From contig JACQAM010000009.1 of NCBI GenBank assembly GCA_016194975.1, forward strand, positions 788 to 64,787: a DNA stretch of 64,000 bases, read 5' to 3'. A model generated the notes under the pieces. It was given only the letters and a program-made list of their open reading frames with translations. It had not been told where the DNA came from and made no database searches. Both the position numbers and the translations under genes were made by a program. Position 1 is the stretch's first letter, and each line of letters starts with the position of its first letter. Below are positions 60,491 to 64,000 of the stretch, in pieces. The DNA comes from Bacteroidota bacterium. Lineage in GTDB: Bacteria; Bacteroidota; Bacteroidia; Palsa-965.

Positions 60491-63400
60491 ATGAGAACGG
60501 TAAAAAACATATTCATTTTTTTTCTTGTGTATGCGTGCGCAGATGTGTGCGCGCAGAACGTGACGAACTATACTTTTTCTGCGGTTGCAGGAACGTACAC
60601 GCAGATTACCGGAAGTCCCGGTGTAACTTCTCCGAATCTGACCTGGGGATCACTTGATGACGGTTATATCAATTCTATTCCTATCGGATTTCAGTTTATT
60701 TACGAAGGATATGTTTGTACTTCACTCTCTGCATCAACGAATGGTTTCGTGAAACTCGGCGGAACTTTTTCATCTAATTCTTATGCAACGAATAATCTTG
60801 CAACAGGAACACCACGGGCTATGCTCGCCCCACTTTGGGATGATCTCATGATGAACGCTGCAAATAATATTTCCTACATCACTTCAGGAGTTGCACCGAA
60901 CAGAATATTTACCATCGAATGGAATAATGTGCATTGGTCGTTCACTGCCGGATCGGCGGGCATTTCTTTCCAGGTGAAACTTTATGAATCAAACAGGAGA
61001 ATTGAATTTGATTACCGCCAGGACGCAGGTGCGTTGAATTTTGCTTCAGCTTCGATCGGGCTTGGCGGATTTTCTTCAGGAAATTTTTTATCACTCAACG
61101 GAACGGGCGCTTCACCGGGCGCAAGTTCTTCCACTGAGACAACGAATCTGTCTGCAAAACCCGCAACAGGGCAGATCTATCGGTGGGATCACTATGCGAT
61201 AAAACCATCGATCACTTCTTTCACTCCGGGCTCCGGGCAATATTCAAGTGTAGTAACCATAAATGGAAGTGGATTCGACGCGGTACCGGCTTCAGACATT
61301 GTTTTTTTCGGTGCGACCAAAGCAACAGTTCTTACTACAAGTTATAATTCAATCACTGTTTCTGTTCCAAAAGATCTGACGCATGAACGAATTACGCTTA
61401 CCACTTTAAGTTCTCATTTATCAGCCAGGTCCGGTGATATTTTTGATCTGACATTTGGTTGCGGAGGATCGCTTTTCAATGGATCATTTGCAGCCAATGT
61501 AGATTTCAGTACATCCGCTACGTATTCGCTTACCATGGAAGATGTGGATCTTGACGGGAAAACAGATATTATCGCTACGGTAAGCGGGGGCGTGGAAATT
61601 TTCAGGAACACCTCGGCCAACGGTGTGATCAATTCATCATCTTTTGCATCACCGGTATTTTTTGCGACCTCAGGGAACTGTTCCAGTGTTGTGTTTGCTG
61701 ATATGGATGGAGACGGAAAACCGGATATGATCGCAGGTGATGTTTCTTTAATCGGTGAAGACTCTGTTTGTGTTTTCAGGAACACCGGCACACCGGGAGT
61801 GATCAATGCAGCGAGCTTTGCTCCAAAAATAAATCTTGAAGCAGGAATTTATCCCCGCGTAACTACAGGCGATATTGACGGTGATGGCAAAATTGATATT
61901 GTTACTGCAAATGCCGGGGATAATAATATTTCAATTTTCCGGAATAATTGCACAGTAGGTTCAATTGTTTCCGGTTCTTTTTTTCTTCGTGTAGATTTTC
62001 CTGCGGGAAATAATTCCACAAAAGCACAGGTTGCCGACATTGATGGTGATGGCAAACCCGATGTGATCTGTTCCAATGGCGGGGATAATACAGTTTCAGT
62101 TTTCAGGAATACTGCAACTTCCGGCATCATTACTTCCGCGTCGCTTGCATCACGCGTAAATTTCGCAACAGGAGCGTGGCCGCTTTCAATACAGGTGGCA
62201 GATCTGGATCTTGATGGCAAAGCAGATCTTGTAGTAGGAAACAACAGTTCGAGTGCGAATTCTGTTTCTTTTTTCAGAAATATAAGTTTGGTGGGTACGG
62301 TAAATTTTACTCCCAAATATGATGTTGGAGTAGCTAACGGAGTTCAAGGTGCAGCTATCGGAGATTTGGACGGCGATGGTAAACCCGATGTAGCTGTTTC
62401 TGCCGCTTATAATGTTGGTGTGCTTTCATCTTTAAAAAACAATAGTGTACCAGGCAGCCTGAGTTTTATTAGTGGCGGAAATTATTTAGCAGCAGTTGCG
62501 CCGGCAGATATTGTGGTTGGTGATGTAGATCAGGATGGGAAGCCGGATCTTATTTCTGCAAATGGAGCAGGGGCTTCGATCTCGGTCGATCATAATCTCG
62601 TTTCCAATTTCAGCACTATTGCTGCTTCATCAGTTCTGAATTCTATTTCGTTTTGCGACGATGGTACGTGGAAGACCTATGCTAATCCTGCTAATCCAAC
62701 TGAAGTTTTATTTGCAGTTAAGGACAATGGAAATAATCTCGGGACGGTTACTGTGAATGAATATCGCGATGCAGCTGTTGGTACTTACAATACGGTGCAC
62801 TACCTGCAACGTCATTTCCAGGTCGCTCCTGCTAATCAACCTTCGACAGTTGTGCAGGTGAGATTGTTTTTCACGAATGCAGAATTTTCCGCACTGCAAA
62901 CTGCAGATCCCACGATCATCAGCATTGCGAATTTGTGCGTAACAAAATATGACGGCCCAACGGAAGACGGAACGTATTATCCGAATGATGCAACTTCGCT
63001 CACAGCTATTCCATCTTCCTCCATTACCAGCGGAAGTATGTATGGTGGAGATTATCTTCAATTTTCGATCTCCTCTTTTTCCGAATTCTGGATCCACGGG
63101 CAAAGCGGCGTTCTTCCAATAGAATTGCTGAGTTTTGATGCCATGCAAAATGAATCGAACGTCGATCTTAACTGGTCAACGGCAAGTGAAACGAACAATC
63201 ATTTTTTCACGATCGAAAAAACGCGCGATGGAAATAATTTTGAAACGGTGGCCATCGTGGACGGCGCAGGCAACAGCACTTCTACAAAAAATTATTCTAC
63301 TGTTGATGCCGATCCTTACCCGGGAATTTCCTATTACCGGCTCAAGCAAACCGATTATAACGGGCAATATTCTTATTCGGAATTCCGCGAAGTTAATTTT

Positions 63401-63649
63401 TCCGATTCGCACGATCTTTTTTCTCTTTATCCCGATCCTTCCAATGGGAATTTCAATATTGCCTGCCCCGGCGCTGATGATGATGTGGTGACCCTTGAAA
63501 TTTTTGATGAACAGGGAAGAAATATTTCCATGGAAGAGACGACCGTTGGCTCGGTCAGAAGTCAGAAAGTTGAACTCCCCGATGGTGTTTATTCAGTGGT
63601 TTTAATAAAAGGTGATGAAAGATTTGTGAAGAAGATGATCATCTATTGA
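60491..63649 (+). CDS. T9SS-secreted surface protein with IPT/TIG domain and FG-GAP/VCBS repeats
   Basis: Signal peptide; PSITSFTP; seven D.D.DGK.D repeats; LPIELLSF...W.TASE.NN..F.IE; CTD LYP.PSNG...GVY...KKMII. Confidence 0.9.
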   Translation: MRTVKNIFIFFLVYACADVCAQNVTNYTFSAVAGTYTQITGSPGVTSPNLTWGSLDDGYINSIPIGFQFIYEGYVCTSLSASTNGFVKLGGTFSSNSYATNNLATGTPRAMLAPLWDDLMMNAANNISYITSGVAPNRIFTIEWNNVHWSFTAGSAGISFQVKLYESNRRIEFDYRQDAGALNFASASIGLGGFSSGNFLSLNGTGASPGASSSTETTNLSAKPATGQIYRWDHYAIKPSITSFTPGSGQYSSVVTINGSGFDAVPASDIVFFGATKATVLTTSYNSITVSVPKDLTHERITLTTLSSHLSARSGDIFDLTFGCGGSLFNGSFAANVDFSTSATYSLTMEDVDLDGKTDIIATVSGGVEIFRNTSANGVINSSSFASPVFFATSGNCSSVVFADMDGDGKPDMIAGDVSLIGEDSVCVFRNTGTPGVINAASFAPKINLEAGIYPRVTTGDIDGDGKIDIVTANAGDNNISIFRNNCTVGSIVSGSFFLRVDFPAGNNSTKAQVADIDGDGKPDVICSNGGDNTVSVFRNTATSGIITSASLASRVNFATGAWPLSIQVADLDLDGKADLVVGNNSSSANSVSFFRNISLVGTVNFTPKYDVGVANGVQGAAIGDLDGDGKPDVAVSAAYNVGVLSSLKNNSVPGSLSFISGGNYLAAVAPADIVVGDVDQDGKPDLISANGAGASISVDHNLVSNFSTIAASSVLNSISFCDDGTWKTYANPANPTEVLFAVKDNGNNLGTVTVNEYRDAAVGTYNTVHYLQRHFQVAPANQPSTVVQVRLFFTNAEFSALQTADPTIISIANLCVTKYDGPTEDGTYYPNDATSLTAIPSSSITSGSMYGGDYLQFSISSFSEFWIHGQSGVLPIELLSFDAMQNESNVDLNWSTASETNNHFFTIEKTRDGNNFETVAIVDGAGNSTSTKNYSTVDADPYPGISYYRLKQTDYNGQYSYSEFREVNFSDSHDLFSLYPDPSNGNFNIACPGADDDVVTLEIFDEQGRNISMEETTVGSVRSQKVELPDGVYSVVLIKGDERFVKKMIIY

Positions 63650-63670
63650 TCCGTTTTTACAGGATCAATA
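63644..63670 (+). terminator. possible terminator hairpin
   Basis: TATTGATCC/GGATCAATA perfect 9-bp stem overlapping the stop codon; lacks a clear T-tail. Confidence 0.4.
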
Positions 63671-63747
63671 AATGTATTTACAAACGACAGATTTATTAAA
63701 ACGGATGTTCTCATCTATTCAGGCGAAATTCCGATATTTGAGAATCT

Positions 63748-64000
63748 ATGAATGACTTACACATCGCCTCAACCATCCGTACAGCCGGAGTTGATTTCAA
63801 TGCGGCGAGCGCAACGCTCCTGATCCGCGGGAATTCTATCCCGGAAAATTCAGACGGATTTTTTCAACCGCTTCACGACTGGGTGGAAGAATTCCGGAAT
63901 ACGCACAAAGGGAAAGTGAAGTTCCGCGTGTTCATGACTTACTTCAACACGGCGACCATCCGTCATATTATTTCGCTCATGAAACGGCTCATCCATTATT
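63748..64000 (+). CDS. SiaC family regulatory phosphoprotein (DUF1987), truncated by the window end; absent from the ORF track
   Basis: Manual translation MNDLHIASTIRTAGVDFN...LLIRGNSIPENSDGFFQPLHDWV...TYFNTAT. Confidence 0.78.
   Translation, partial: MNDLHIASTIRTAGVDFNAASATLLIRGNSIPENSDGFFQPLHDWVEEFRNTHKGKVKFRVFMTYFNTATIRHIISLMKRLIHY

Overview
Chromosomal window of a Bacteroidota (Bacteroidetes) genome. This is supported by T9SS C-terminal-domain cargo proteins, a TonB-dependent receptor, TAnnTTTG promoters and typical gene order. Most of it is core housekeeping: fabH, purH-mreBCD-mrdA-rodA, coaX-OMP-lptC-ppiD, tRNA-Phe(GAA), rhlE, xseAB, pccB, fbp and lysC. The first ~4.1 kb is a visibly AT-richer block of secreted and outer-membrane proteins that ends at a MITE. 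Signalling genes include two SpoIIE/PP2C phosphatases (one has no sensor), a TPR histidine kinase, a NarL regulator with an HTH-only sibling, a shared 22-bp putative operator, and a partial SiaC/DUF1987 gene at the right edge. The intergenic DNA is rich in small selfish-looking elements: three MITEs with target-site duplications, REP-like palindromes (one inserted in frame into a phosphatase gene), decayed tRNA-Phe copies and many heptamer-built hairpins. I saw no CRISPR, rRNA, integrase or transposase. All protein calls come from motif recognition by eye; no database searches were run. Start codons were adjusted from the ORF track where a downstream ATG fits better.
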